Below, in pieces: positions 1 through 9,023 of a stretch of DNA of 64,000 nt. This DNA is from Spirochaetia bacterium. GTDB taxonomy: Bacteria; Spirochaetota; Spirochaetia; SZUA-6; Bin103. A program made the translations under genes and the position numbers. The notes beneath the pieces were generated by a model, which made no database searches, had not been told where the DNA came from, and was given only the letters and a program-made list of their open reading frames with translations. Positions within the stretch are counted from its first letter, which is position 1. Each line of letters opens with the position of its first letter. The stretch lies in the NCBI GenBank assembly GCA_965208575.1, contig CBDBOV010000006.1, positions 576,001 to 640,000 of the forward strand. Direction: 5' to 3'.

Positions 1-1737
1 CCCACGGGTGTGGAAGCCCAGGCGCAGTTCGCCATTGAAGCCGACGATCCACGGCTGCACCACGAAGTACTGCGGAACGCGCGGCGACCACAGGAACCAG
101 TGCAGCTCGGTCAGGTACATATCGGCCTCTTTGGAGAGCCGGGTGTACTCATCGATGTCCACCGTCGAGGCGGCGGCGTCGATCAGCCCATCCAGCTTCG
201 GATCGCTGCCATGGGGGATGTTCCAGGTGGCCTCGGTGTAGCTGACCGCGCGGAGCGTGCCCGCCGGGTCGCCGGTAGTGAAGCCGGACTCGCGGCTGGT
301 CATCCCCTCCGCGGCGCCACTCTGCGCCAACGCCACGTAGGTCGCGCCCTCCATGGGATTGATCTCGACCTTGACGCCGATGTCGCGCCAGTAGGCGGCC
401 TGCAGCTCGAAGAAGCCCAGGTCGCGGCCCTCCCACACGTCGAACGGGACCGTCAAGCGGACGCCGTCGTCGCCGCGTGGATAGCCAGCCTCGTCGAGCA
501 GCCGCTCGGCGCCCTCCGGGTCGTAGCTGTAGTAGCCCTGCAGCTCGGCCGGCCACTGCTCGAACGGGGTGTGGTACACGCCCGAGTAGAGGCCGATGGC
601 GCCCTCCGGCTTCCACTCCGCGCGCCCCTTGAAGTAGTCGTTGTTCATGGTCTCGAGGTCGAGGGCCATTTGCATCGCCCGGCGCACGCGGATGTCGCTG
701 AACGGTTCCATGGTGACCGCGAAGCCGGCGACCGTCTCGGCGCGGTTGTTACGCTCGAAATACTGCAGCTCGGGATTGCTGGCCTGCAGGCTCTCGATGT
801 CGTCGATCGAGGAGATCTGAGCGGTTCCCGGTTGGCCGAGGTAGTCGATCTTGCGCGTGCGCATCGCCGCCAGGTGAGCGGCCGGCTCCTTCATCAGCAC
901 GCCCTGGACGCTGTCGATGTAGGGCAACCGGTTCTCCGGGAATTTCTCGTCGAAACCCCAGTAATCGTCGACCCGTTCCCAGGTCATGGTGCTGTTTTCC
1001 ACCCAGTCGACCAACTGGAACGGCCCGGTGCCGACGTTGTTGCGATAGTCCTGCGTGTCACCGTACTGCTCGATGACCTCGCGCGCGATTATGGTGCCGT
1101 TACGTACCCTATGCAGGATTTCGCGCAGCGGCTCGCGCACCGGGCGGGTGAACTTGAACTGTACCCTGCTATCGTCGAGCGCGGTGACCGAATCGAACTG
1201 CCCGGAGAGGGCCTGGGCCGGCGATGGCTCGGTGAAGCCGCTGCCGTTGCCGAGAATCCGGTGGTAGGTGTACTCGACGTCCCGGGCGGTCAGCTTGCGG
1301 CCGTTGACCGGCGGCTTGTCGTGCCAGAACACGTCGTCGCGCATGGTGAAGACCATGGTCAGTTCGTCCGCCATCTCCCAGCTCTCGGCCAGCCAGCCGC
1401 GGAAGACCGACAGCGGAATCACGTCGCTCCGAAAGTCGAAGACGCTGCGGTCGATCGCCCAGTCGCCGATGGCGAGCTTCTCATTGACGCCGCCGATGGC
1501 CTGGTTGGCGTGGTGGGTGAACCACGGGTCCGAGCTCGGCGGGAAGGATCTCGCCGCGTAGCTGAGCGAGCCGCCGTAGCGCGGCGCGAGGACCATCTCA
1601 CCGGTCGACGGGTCGCGCACCATCTGGCGCTCTTCGGTCGCGGCTGCCGACTCTTCTTCACCACCGGCCCACAGGCCGGTTGCGGTCAGAACCAGGACCA
1701 ACGCAATCGCGAAGATCCTTGCAAACAATATCCTCAT
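1..1737 (-). CDS. ABC transporter substrate-binding protein, family 5 (Dpp/Opp-like); 3' end runs off the window
   Basis: ATG at 1737 after an AAGGAAGGA RBS; MRILFARIFAIALVLVLTATGLWAGGEEE; motifs FWHDK..VNGR..TARDV and VGTGPF; close paralog of 9024-10817; frame appears open to position 1 by comparison with that paralog. Confidence 0.9.
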   Translation of the reverse strand, partial: MRILFARIFAIALVLVLTATGLWAGGEEESAAATEERQMVRDPSTGEMVLAPRYGGSLSYAARSFPPSSDPWFTHHANQAIGGVNEKLAIGDWAIDRSVFDFRSDVIPLSVFRGWLAESWEMADELTMVFTMRDDVFWHDKPPVNGRKLTARDVEYTYHRILGNGSGFTEPSPAQALSGQFDSVTALDDSRVQFKFTRPVREPLREILHRVRNGTIIAREVIEQYGDTQDYRNNVGTGPFQLVDWVENSTMTWERVDDYWGFDEKFPENRLPYIDSVQGVLMKEPAAHLAAMRTRKIDYLGQPGTAQISSIDDIESLQASNPELQYFERNNRAETVAGFAVTMEPFSDIRVRRAMQMALDLETMNNDYFKGRAEWKPEGAIGLYSGVYHTPFEQWPAELQGYYSYDPEGAERLLDEAGYPRGDDGVRLTVPFDVWEGRDLGFFELQAAYWRDIGVKVEINPMEGATYVALAQSGAAEGMTSRESGFTTGDPAGTLRAVSYTEATWNIPHGSDPKLDGLIDAAASTVDIDEYTRLSKEADMYLTELHWFLWSPRVPQYFVVQPWIVGFNGELRLGFHTRG

Positions 1738-1796
1738 CGTTCCTTCCTTAGAATGTTGTTTCGAGAGTACTGCGTACGCCGAACTCCCAACGGTGC

Positions 1797-1826
1797 ATTC
1801 TCTCGCGAGCGCGGCCCCCCTGTCAA
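1797..1826 (-). promoter_or_regulatory. Putative sigma70 promoter of the solute-binding protein gene
   Basis: TTGACA (1826-1821), 18-nt spacer, GAGAAT (1802-1797). Confidence 0.4.
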
Positions 1827-1827
1827 C

Positions 1828-3117
1828 AGCGCCGACTCGGTGAGCAAGCAAGTTCGTGACGGCGAATTCGTCGGGCCTCAGTCTCCCGCCTACGCACGGC
1901 CGTCACCCCGACAGGACTCGCCGCACTTCGTCCGCATCCACCGCCAGCGCCGCGCCGATCTCCTCGGCATCCTGTCCCAGGCCATGCAGGCGGCGGATCG
2001 CCTGCGCTAGCAGCAGGCGCCGCTCCTCTTCCGCCTGTTGCTGCGCCTGTTCCGCCTGCTGCTGACCCCGCTCCGCTCGCTGCGCCCGCTGCCGCTCCTG
2101 TGCTATGAGGCGGTCGCGATGCTCCACCTGCCGCGCCCACAGCATCGAGTCCCGAAACAGCAGGTCTTCACCCTCCATGTCGCGCCGCACCTCTTCTTCC
2201 GCCATCGCCTCACCGCAACTGCCGCAGCACGAAGGCGCACTCCACCGGATACTCCCCTTCCTCGATCGTCAGCACGTGCGCGTCACCCCGTCCGTTGCCT
2301 TTCACCAGGCCCTGGTCGAAGATCGCCAGCAGCCGCTCCAGCTCGTCCCGCCGCCGGCTCGCCAGCCGCGGTATCTGGATGATGTGGCTGCGGTGATGGA
2401 TCCCCTCCACCAGCGGATGGCTCGCCGCAAGCTCCCGCCCCGTGCGCCGCTCGGTCACCTGCGGGCACACGTCGATCACCGCCTCGTCCGACAGACCATC
2501 CAGGGCGTAGCCCAGGAAGTAGATGGTCACGATCGGCACCGCCTCGGTGCGGCCCGACGGATGGGTAAGGATGTTGTCGCCGCTGCCGATCTGCTGGCCC
2601 AGGTAGCGCCGGAAGCGCTCGATCACGGTCGGCGCGCTGGTCTTCTGAATCTCGATCAGCACCTGCCGCTCGCCGCCGTCGGCAGTGCGCACGCGGGCGG
2701 CGAAGTCCATGCGCAGCAGCGTCAGCGGCTGGACGCGCTCCGGGTCTTCGGGAGTGCGGCGCACGGCGGTCTCCTGCGGGCTGACGGTCAGCGACTGCAC
2801 CGCGAGGCCGGCGATCCTGCCGATCAGCAGGCGGGCGACGCGGTCGTTCTGCATCAGGTACTTGAACACCACGTCGTAGATCGGGTTGGCGACGTCCACG
2901 CTCCGCATTGAACCTGCGGCCCGCGCGCTGCGTCAATCGCCTTGCCCGTGTTGCGGATGATCGGTGCGGCGGCGGTGTCATGCACCGACGGGCGTGCTCC
3001 CTGGTCTATTGCCGGGGGCGGGCGGCGCCGGACGCCGGCGGAGGCTCCGGGCGTGCTTCACGCCCCGCCTCAGATCGCGACTGGCCGCCTGCGATTCGGT
3101 AGCGTGGGATAGTCCTG
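1828..3117 (-). mobile_element. Rpn/PD-(D/E)XK nuclease cassette, copy 1 (duplicate of 22479-23923)
   Basis: Near-identical DNA, including about 75 bp downstream and about 210 bp upstream of the gene; sharp shared ends AGCGCCGACTCGG...GGGATAGTCCTG; no TIR or TSD found. Confidence 0.6.
1903..2908 (-). pseudogene. Rpn family / PD-(D/E)XK nuclease-transposase, frameshifted
   Basis: ANPIYDVVFKYLM, MDFAARV, LIEIQK; a 1-nt insertion near 2212 relative to copy 2 creates TGA, splitting ORFs 2210-2908 and 1903-2205. Confidence 0.85.
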
Positions 3118-3299
3118 CCCGGATACTTTCGTAGCTGCCGGCAACCTGATATAGTTGCATCATCCGAGCCCTGTTGGAGGTGTCAGATAGATGGCGGCAG
3201 ACGGCTCCCCCGAGTCGGCGGGAATTGAGTCCCGACTACGAGAAGGTAAGCGCTCGCCTGGATAACCCGGGACAACTGTCCAGCTACTTTGGCCAGATA

Positions 3300-3563
3300 C
3301 CAGGTGCTTTGCTCGGCATCTACACGAATGGCGTAGTCGATCTTCATCATCGATGACATGTCATCGAACAGATCGATTGCCCTGCCGAAGTTCTCCAGGG
3401 AATGGAGATCTTACGGAGCATACTCCGCCGAGAATTCGATGTAGTCCATCGTCCCACTTTGGCCGATAACCTCCACGATCCCTGGCCAGATCGAGTGGAC
3501 GTGGGTCCCGATAGTTGGCAGCCTCTCGTTCAGACGCTCCCTGAGCACGTTCCGACGTATCAT
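3300..3563 (-). pseudogene. HpcH/HpaI aldolase-family fragment
   Basis: MIRRNVLRERL...DYIEFSAEYAP*DLHSLENFGRAIDLF; in-frame TAA at 3411-3413, then loss of similarity. Confidence 0.6.
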
Positions 3564-3567
3564 GGGC

Positions 3568-4629
3568 TCAGAACACAATGATGGAGCGGCCGGCGATTCT
3601 TCCGTTGGCCAAGTCGTCAATGGCCTCGTTGGTCTGATCCAAGGTGTACTGTCTGGTGACCAGCTTGTCCAGCGGGAAAAGCCCCTCTCGATGCAACCTC
3701 AGAAACATGGGGAAGTCACGCTCAGGAATGCTCGAGCCGTGGCTGCCTCGGTATTGGCGCTGGTTAAATACAAAGTGCTCGGCGTTGAGGGTCATCTCCT
3801 TCTGAGGCCATCCTATCAAGACCGCCATGCCGCCCACGTTGTCGGCTCCGGGACCTCCGCTGCGGGTCATGGGTAGGAGCTGCTCGTGCACCTCCCGTTT
3901 CCCTATGGCATCGAACGAAAAGTCCACGCCCTTTCCCGTGATCTCCCAAACGGCCTCTATTGGGTCCACCTCTGAGGCATTAACCGTGTGGGTCGCTCCC
4001 CATTGCTTCGCAAATTCGAGCTTCTCGTCGACGATGTCTACGGCGATGACAGGATAGGCCTGTAGAAGTGAGGCCATCTTGATGGCCGACAAGCCGATTC
4101 CTCCAGCACCTATGATGCACACCGAATCCTCGGGGCGGACCTTGGCCGTATGCAGGACCGCGCCGGCACCGGTCAGCACCGCGCAGCCTACGATACAGCT
4201 CTCGAGGCTAGCGTCCTCGCTTGAAATAGGTATTACGAGCTGCTCATCGGCCAGCGAATCCTCGCCGTATGTATAGACCGGACCTTGTATCAGCTCTTCA
4301 CGATACGTGGCGCCAAGGGGGCTTATCCCGTCGATGTAACCTCGTCCTGGGAAGCCTGACCTCGGCACCCACGTCACGATCGCGGAGTCTCCCTCCTTGA
4401 CGTGGGTCACGTCCCGACCGGCGTCAGATACGACCCCGGTTCCCTCGTGGCCCAGGAAATGGGGACACTGATCCGGGGTTGCCGCGGCGATCTCGTGCAC
4501 CTGGGATAGGCAAACCCCGGTGGACGACATCTTGACGATGACCTGGTTTGGCTTGGGATCGGGTAACTTGATCTCGTCGATAGTCAACGGCTTGCCCGGC
4601 TCGGTGACCAATGCGGCTCTAGTCTTCAT
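3568..4629 (-). CDS. Zinc-binding alcohol dehydrogenase (MDR family)
   Basis: GVCLS, LGHEGTG, GAGGIG Rossmann motif; lower GC than flanks. Confidence 0.92.
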   Translation of the reverse strand: MKTRAALVTEPGKPLTIDEIKLPDPKPNQVIVKMSSTGVCLSQVHEIAAATPDQCPHFLGHEGTGVVSDAGRDVTHVKEGDSAIVTWVPRSGFPGRGYIDGISPLGATYREELIQGPVYTYGEDSLADEQLVIPISSEDASLESCIVGCAVLTGAGAVLHTAKVRPEDSVCIIGAGGIGLSAIKMASLLQAYPVIAVDIVDEKLEFAKQWGATHTVNASEVDPIEAVWEITGKGVDFSFDAIGKREVHEQLLPMTRSGGPGADNVGGMAVLIGWPQKEMTLNAEHFVFNQRQYRGSHGSSIPERDFPMFLRLHREGLFPLDKLVTRQYTLDQTNEAIDDLANGRIAGRSIIVF

Positions 4630-4903
4630 CTGTTCAGGATCTCCTCCTCGGTGACCACTTAGTCGACGCGTATGACGGCCCCCACGGCGTTGGCCGCGTG
4701 TCCTCGTATTGGTGACGCCTTATCTCACTTACGGCACGTGGAAGCGGCTCTGCAGGGACTGCGGAATCGTATCACGAACGACTCATCGGCGTCGACGCTC
4801 CTCACCCGGTGCCAGAGCGGAAACACAGCCTCCTCCGAGAATCCTATTTCCAAATTGCGCCGGGGGATGGATATCAAGGAGAATTCGAGTCTTCGGTCGC
4901 CTG

Positions 4904-5200
4904 TTACGGGTCGTAGATCTCGATGGTATTGGACAGACGCTCCACACCCTGACCTCCCGTGAGCAGGACCCTGCCGTCCATCAAAGTCGTGGCTGTGTGG
5001 AGGAAGCGTGACTCGGTCATTGGCATCCCCGTCGACCATGTTCCCGACGACGGATCGAACAGCTCGGTCGAGTCCTGATTGCCGGTGCTGCCTGTCACCA
5101 TCACGCGGCCGTCGCCGAGACGAGTGTGAAATTGATAGGCAGCCGATGTCCGAGTACCCGGGATCGTCCGCCAGGATCACCACGAAGTTGGGACGCCTCG
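4904..5200 (-). pseudogene. Chimeric scar: sulfatase N-terminal fragment joined to a Kelch-repeat fragment
   Basis: RPNFVVILADDPGYSDIGC (about 5135-5200) followed by ELFDPSSGTWS..M...RFLHTATTLMDGRVLLTGG (4904-5104). Confidence 0.65.
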
Positions 5201-5287
5201 GGTCACCCGCCTCGTTCGGTCACGGATCAGGCGCACGTCAGTTGGAGCCCCAAAAAGGCGAAGAGCCGCTGACCGTTGACCGTTGAC

Positions 5288-7006
5288 CTACCTGAGCGCC
5301 GGGTGGCTGATCTGTAAGGTCTGCCCGGCGGCGACGTCAGCCAGCAGGGTGCGCTGGCCGTCCGGCCACTCGACCTCGACGTCGCACACCGTGGCCGATC
5401 CCAGACCAAACACCTGCTCGAGAGGATTCTGCGAGAGGTAGTTGCTGCCGAGCGTCAGCTCGCGCATAGCGGTCAAGGTGCGCCCGGCGTGCGAGGCGCG
5501 GAGGGTAATGCGCGCGCCGACTGCCTGGGTATTCGGCGGCAGACCCCTTAGCCGCACGCGCAGGTACTGCGAGTCGGCGGTCTGGTTCTCCCAGAGCGTG
5601 GCACCCGAGTGCAGCAGCAGGATGTCGACGTCGCCGTCGTTGTCGAAGTCGGCGCACACCGCGGCACGGCCGAGCTCGGCGTCGTCGAGGCCCAGCAGCG
5701 CGGCGCGGTCGACGAAGGTGCCGTCCCCGGCGTTGACGAAGGCGCGCGATCGGTCGGCGGTGTAGTCGGCCTCGACGGTGCTGCCGAGGCCGACCCAGCC
5801 GTTGGTGTGGTAGATGTCGAGGTCGCCGTCGTTTTCGAAGTCGATGGCGCACGCCGCCCAGCCCCAGCCGCCGTCGACCACGCCGGCCTGGTCGGTGGCG
5901 TCGACGAAGGTGCCGCCGTCGTTGCGGTAGAGCCGGTTGCCACGAAACGGGTCGGGGGTCTCCCCCTCCCCGCCGTAGTAGACGCTGCTGACGAACCAGT
6001 CGAGGTCGCCGTCGCCGTCGAAGTCGGCCACCGCCGAGCCCATGCCGTGATCGTCGATCATCACCCCGGTATCGGTGACGTTGCGAAAGGTGCCGTCGCC
6101 GTTGTTGCGGAACGCCTGCGAGCGATTGAAGTCGGCCACGAACAGCAGGTCCGGGTAGCGGTCGGCGTCGATGCGGGCGAACGTCGGGGTGAACGTCCAG
6201 TCGCGTTCGCGCGACTGGTGGCCCTCGGCGAACGGCTCCTCCGGATCGGGTAGCGTCAGGATGGAGGGGGAGATGCCGGCAGCGACGCTTACCTTAGTGA
6301 AGCGAATGCGCTCCGCGCTGCTGTCGTTGCGCCACAGGTGCTCGGTGTCGGGCGGCTGGTCGGGGTCGCGGCGCACGGCCGGGCCGTAGGCGACGCCAGC
6401 CCCGCGCCAGGTGCCCCAGTGCGCCAGGGCCATGTCGAGGTCGCCGTCCAGGTCGTAGTCGCCGAACGCGGCCGAGAAGGTCTGCTCGGCATTCATCGTG
6501 TCGAGGCCGGAACGAGCGGTGACGTCGTCGAAGGTGCCGTCGCCGTTGTTGCGGAACAGCAGCGACGGATCGCCGTGCAGCCCGCCGAGGAACAGGTCGA
6601 GGTGGCCGTCGCCGTCCAGGTCGGCGAACGTGGCCCCGGCGTGCCGGTAGTTGAGGCCCGACGCGCGGGTGTAGGCCAAGCCGGCGGCGGCCGCCACCTC
6701 GGTGAAACGGAGCCGGCCGTCGTTGCGGTACAGCAGGTTGGGGCCGATGTCGCCGCGGACGATGAACAGGTCGATGTCGCCGTCGCCGTCGTAGTCGCCG
6801 GCTGCCGCGCTGCTCCTGGCCATCAGGCCGACGAAGGCGAACCCCTCGACATCGAGGAACCCGCTCTCGAAGTCGATGCCGGAGCGGCGGGTGACGTCGC
6901 GGAACAGGGGGTCACCGGCGGCGATCGGGTCGGCGGGGGTCGCGGACGAACCCAGCGCGAGCGCGGCGATGAAGGCAACTGCGCCGAGCCGCCGAACGCG
7001 GCTCAT
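5288..7006 (-). CDS. CRTAC1-family protein (FG-GAP/VCBS repeats plus ASPIC-UnbV domain), secreted
   Basis: Repeated DxDxDGDxD and RNNGDGTF motifs; C-terminal FGLG...VEWPDG; signal-like MSRVRRLGAVAFIAALALG; ATG overlaps the dppC stop (ATGA). Confidence 0.9.
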   Translation of the reverse strand: MSRVRRLGAVAFIAALALGSSATPADPIAAGDPLFRDVTRRSGIDFESGFLDVEGFAFVGLMARSSAAAGDYDGDGDIDLFIVRGDIGPNLLYRNDGRLRFTEVAAAAGLAYTRASGLNYRHAGATFADLDGDGHLDLFLGGLHGDPSLLFRNNGDGTFDDVTARSGLDTMNAEQTFSAAFGDYDLDGDLDMALAHWGTWRGAGVAYGPAVRRDPDQPPDTEHLWRNDSSAERIRFTKVSVAAGISPSILTLPDPEEPFAEGHQSRERDWTFTPTFARIDADRYPDLLFVADFNRSQAFRNNGDGTFRNVTDTGVMIDDHGMGSAVADFDGDGDLDWFVSSVYYGGEGETPDPFRGNRLYRNDGGTFVDATDQAGVVDGGWGWAACAIDFENDGDLDIYHTNGWVGLGSTVEADYTADRSRAFVNAGDGTFVDRAALLGLDDAELGRAAVCADFDNDGDVDILLLHSGATLWENQTADSQYLRVRLRGLPPNTQAVGARITLRASHAGRTLTAMRELTLGSNYLSQNPLEQVFGLGSATVCDVEVEWPDGQRTLLADVAAGQTLQISHPALR

Positions 7007-7983
7007 TTGTCGGCAGCCGCGTGTCCTGCCGTCCGTGGTCTGCGGTCGCCCACGTCGTAGCGGCCGGTGCCGCCGCGCAGCCGCGGATCGAGCAGGTCCC
7101 GCACCGCGTCGCCGAAGTTGTTCAGGCAGTAGACCGTGATGGTGAGCGCCAGCCCCGGCCACAGCGCCAGGTGCGGCGCCTGTTCCATGTAGCGGCGCCC
7201 CTCGCGACTCAGCAGGCCGCCCCAGCTCGGAATCTCGATCGGCAGGCCGAAGCCCAGGAAGCTCAAGCTGGCCTCGCTGATGATGACGCCGCCGATGTTG
7301 ATGCTGAAGATGACCACCAGCACCGGCGCGATGTTCGGAATCACGTGGCGCAGAATCGTCCTGCCGGTTCGGCTGCCGACCGTCTGCGCCGCCTGGAAGT
7401 ACATGTTCTCGCGCACGCCGATGACCGCGCCGCGCACCACCCGCGAGCCGACGATGCCGCCCGACACGCCGAGGGTGATGATGATCTGCGGCAGGCCGCG
7501 GCCGACGATCGACATGATCGTCAGCAGCAGCAGCAGCCCCGGGAAGGCCATCCAGGCATCGACGAAGCGCTGGGTAACCAGGTCGAGCCGGCCGCCGACA
7601 AACCCCGACACCCCGCCGATCAGCAGGGCGACAACGACATTGAGGGCGGTCGCCGCGAGACCTACAGCTAACGAAAGCCGCGCGCCGTAGATGATCCGCG
7701 TCAGCAGGTCGCGGCCCAGGTGGTCGGTGCCCAGCAGGTGCGCCGCCGAGGCGCCCTGCAGGCGGTCCTTGGCGTTGACCTCGAGGATGTCGTACGGCGC
7801 CAGGGTCTCGGCGAAGATGCTGACGAAGATGAGGAGCACGACCACCGCCGCGCTCGCCGCGCCGAGCGGCTTCTCTCTGACCAGCCGCGTCAGGAACCCG
7901 CGCGCCGCCCGCCCGCCCCGCGACCGCGCGTCCGCCGCGCGCCGAAAGAGACTGGCCGGCCTGGTGCGCCCGGCGTCACTCAT
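7003..7983 (-). CDS. dppC: Peptide/nickel ABC permease, DppC-like
   Basis: HLLGTDHLGRD, EASLSFLGFG, GDAVRDLLDPR. Confidence 0.92.
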   Translation of the reverse strand: MSDAGRTRPASLFRRAADARSRGGRAARGFLTRLVREKPLGAASAAVVVLLIFVSIFAETLAPYDILEVNAKDRLQGASAAHLLGTDHLGRDLLTRIIYGARLSLAVGLAATALNVVVALLIGGVSGFVGGRLDLVTQRFVDAWMAFPGLLLLLTIMSIVGRGLPQIIITLGVSGGIVGSRVVRGAVIGVRENMYFQAAQTVGSRTGRTILRHVIPNIAPVLVVIFSINIGGVIISEASLSFLGFGLPIEIPSWGGLLSREGRRYMEQAPHLALWPGLALTITVYCLNNFGDAVRDLLDPRLRGGTGRYDVGDRRPRTAGHAAADK

Positions 7984-7995
7984 GCCGCGCCCCCA

Positions 7996-8952
7996 CTACT
8001 GGTACCGCACCCGCGGGTCCAGGGATACGTAGAGCAGATCGATGAGCAGGTTGATCACCAGCACGCCGGTGCCGAAGAACAGGTTCACCCCGGAAACGAC
8101 CGGGTAGTCGCGATCCTGCAGCGCCACCAGCATCATCTGACCCATGCCGGGCAGGTTGAAGATGTTCTCGATGATCACCGACCCGCCGACCAGCAGCGGC
8201 ACCGCCAGGCCGATGGCCGACAGCACCGGGATCATCGCGTTCTTGATGGCGTGCCGAAGCACGACCATCCGCTCGCGCAGCCCCTTGGCCCACGCCGTGC
8301 GCACGTAGTCCTGGCGCAGCACCTCGAGCATCATCGTGCGGGTAATCCGCATCGTGCCGGCCGAGAGGGCGGTGCCGAGGATGATGCTGGGGATGATGAA
8401 GACGCCCAGGCTCTCCCACGGATCGTCGAGGAACCGCACCATGATGATGGGCGGTGACCAGTCCCACAAGAGGGCGGGATAGATGATCACCATCAGCGCC
8501 AGCCAGAAGTTGGGCGTGGCCAGCCCCAGCACCGCGACCGTTCTGCCTACGTAGTCCCCGGCCGTGTCCTGACGAATGGCGGAGAAGATGCCGACCGGCA
8601 GGGCAATGACCATGGCGATGACGAGCGCCATCAGCCCCAGTTGAAAGGTGGGTCCGACGCGCAGCCAGATCTTGGCTTCGACGGTGTCCTTGCCGAGCAG
8701 CGAATCGCCCAGCGTGCCGCGCACCAGGATGTCGCCGACCCAGCGCACGTACTGGACGTGGATCGGTGCATCGAGCCCAAGAATGCGCTCCAACTGCTCG
8801 CGGTCCAGCGGCGCGGCCAGGTAGTCCATCCGGCTCTCCAGCGCGTCGATGATGTCGCCGGGAATGAAGCGGACCGAGAGAAAAACCAGCGCGCTCAGGA
8901 TCAGCAGCGTCGGCACCATGAGCAGGATTCTCCTGATCACATAGGCTCGCAA
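7996..8952 (-). CDS. dppB: Peptide/nickel ABC permease, DppB-like
   Basis: YVIRRIL, MLEVLRQDYVRTAWAKGL, RDYPVV, LDPRVR. Confidence 0.93.
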   Translation of the reverse strand: MRAYVIRRILLMVPTLLILSALVFLSVRFIPGDIIDALESRMDYLAAPLDREQLERILGLDAPIHVQYVRWVGDILVRGTLGDSLLGKDTVEAKIWLRVGPTFQLGLMALVIAMVIALPVGIFSAIRQDTAGDYVGRTVAVLGLATPNFWLALMVIIYPALLWDWSPPIIMVRFLDDPWESLGVFIIPSIILGTALSAGTMRITRTMMLEVLRQDYVRTAWAKGLRERMVVLRHAIKNAMIPVLSAIGLAVPLLVGGSVIIENIFNLPGMGQMMLVALQDRDYPVVSGVNLFFGTGVLVINLLIDLLYVSLDPRVRYQ

Positions 8953-8975
8953 GTCGGTCTCCTCCGCTGATGGGA

Positions 8976-9004
8976 GTGGGGTGGCAGCCGATCTGCCACC
9001 CCAC
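8976..9004 (-). terminator. Intergenic stem-loop between the solute-binding protein and permease genes
   Basis: GTGGGGTGGCAG-CCGAT-CTGCCACCCCAC, a perfect 12-bp stem without a U-tract (mRNA stabiliser or attenuator). Confidence 0.6.
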
Positions 9005-9023
9005 CGTCACTCACGGCTTGGTC

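Noticed and set aside
10-2010. Long + strand ORF of 666 aa, and similar ORFs at 43831-46548, 19118-21304 and 47784-49664
   Set aside because: Antisense shadows of real high-GC genes, with no recognisable motifs
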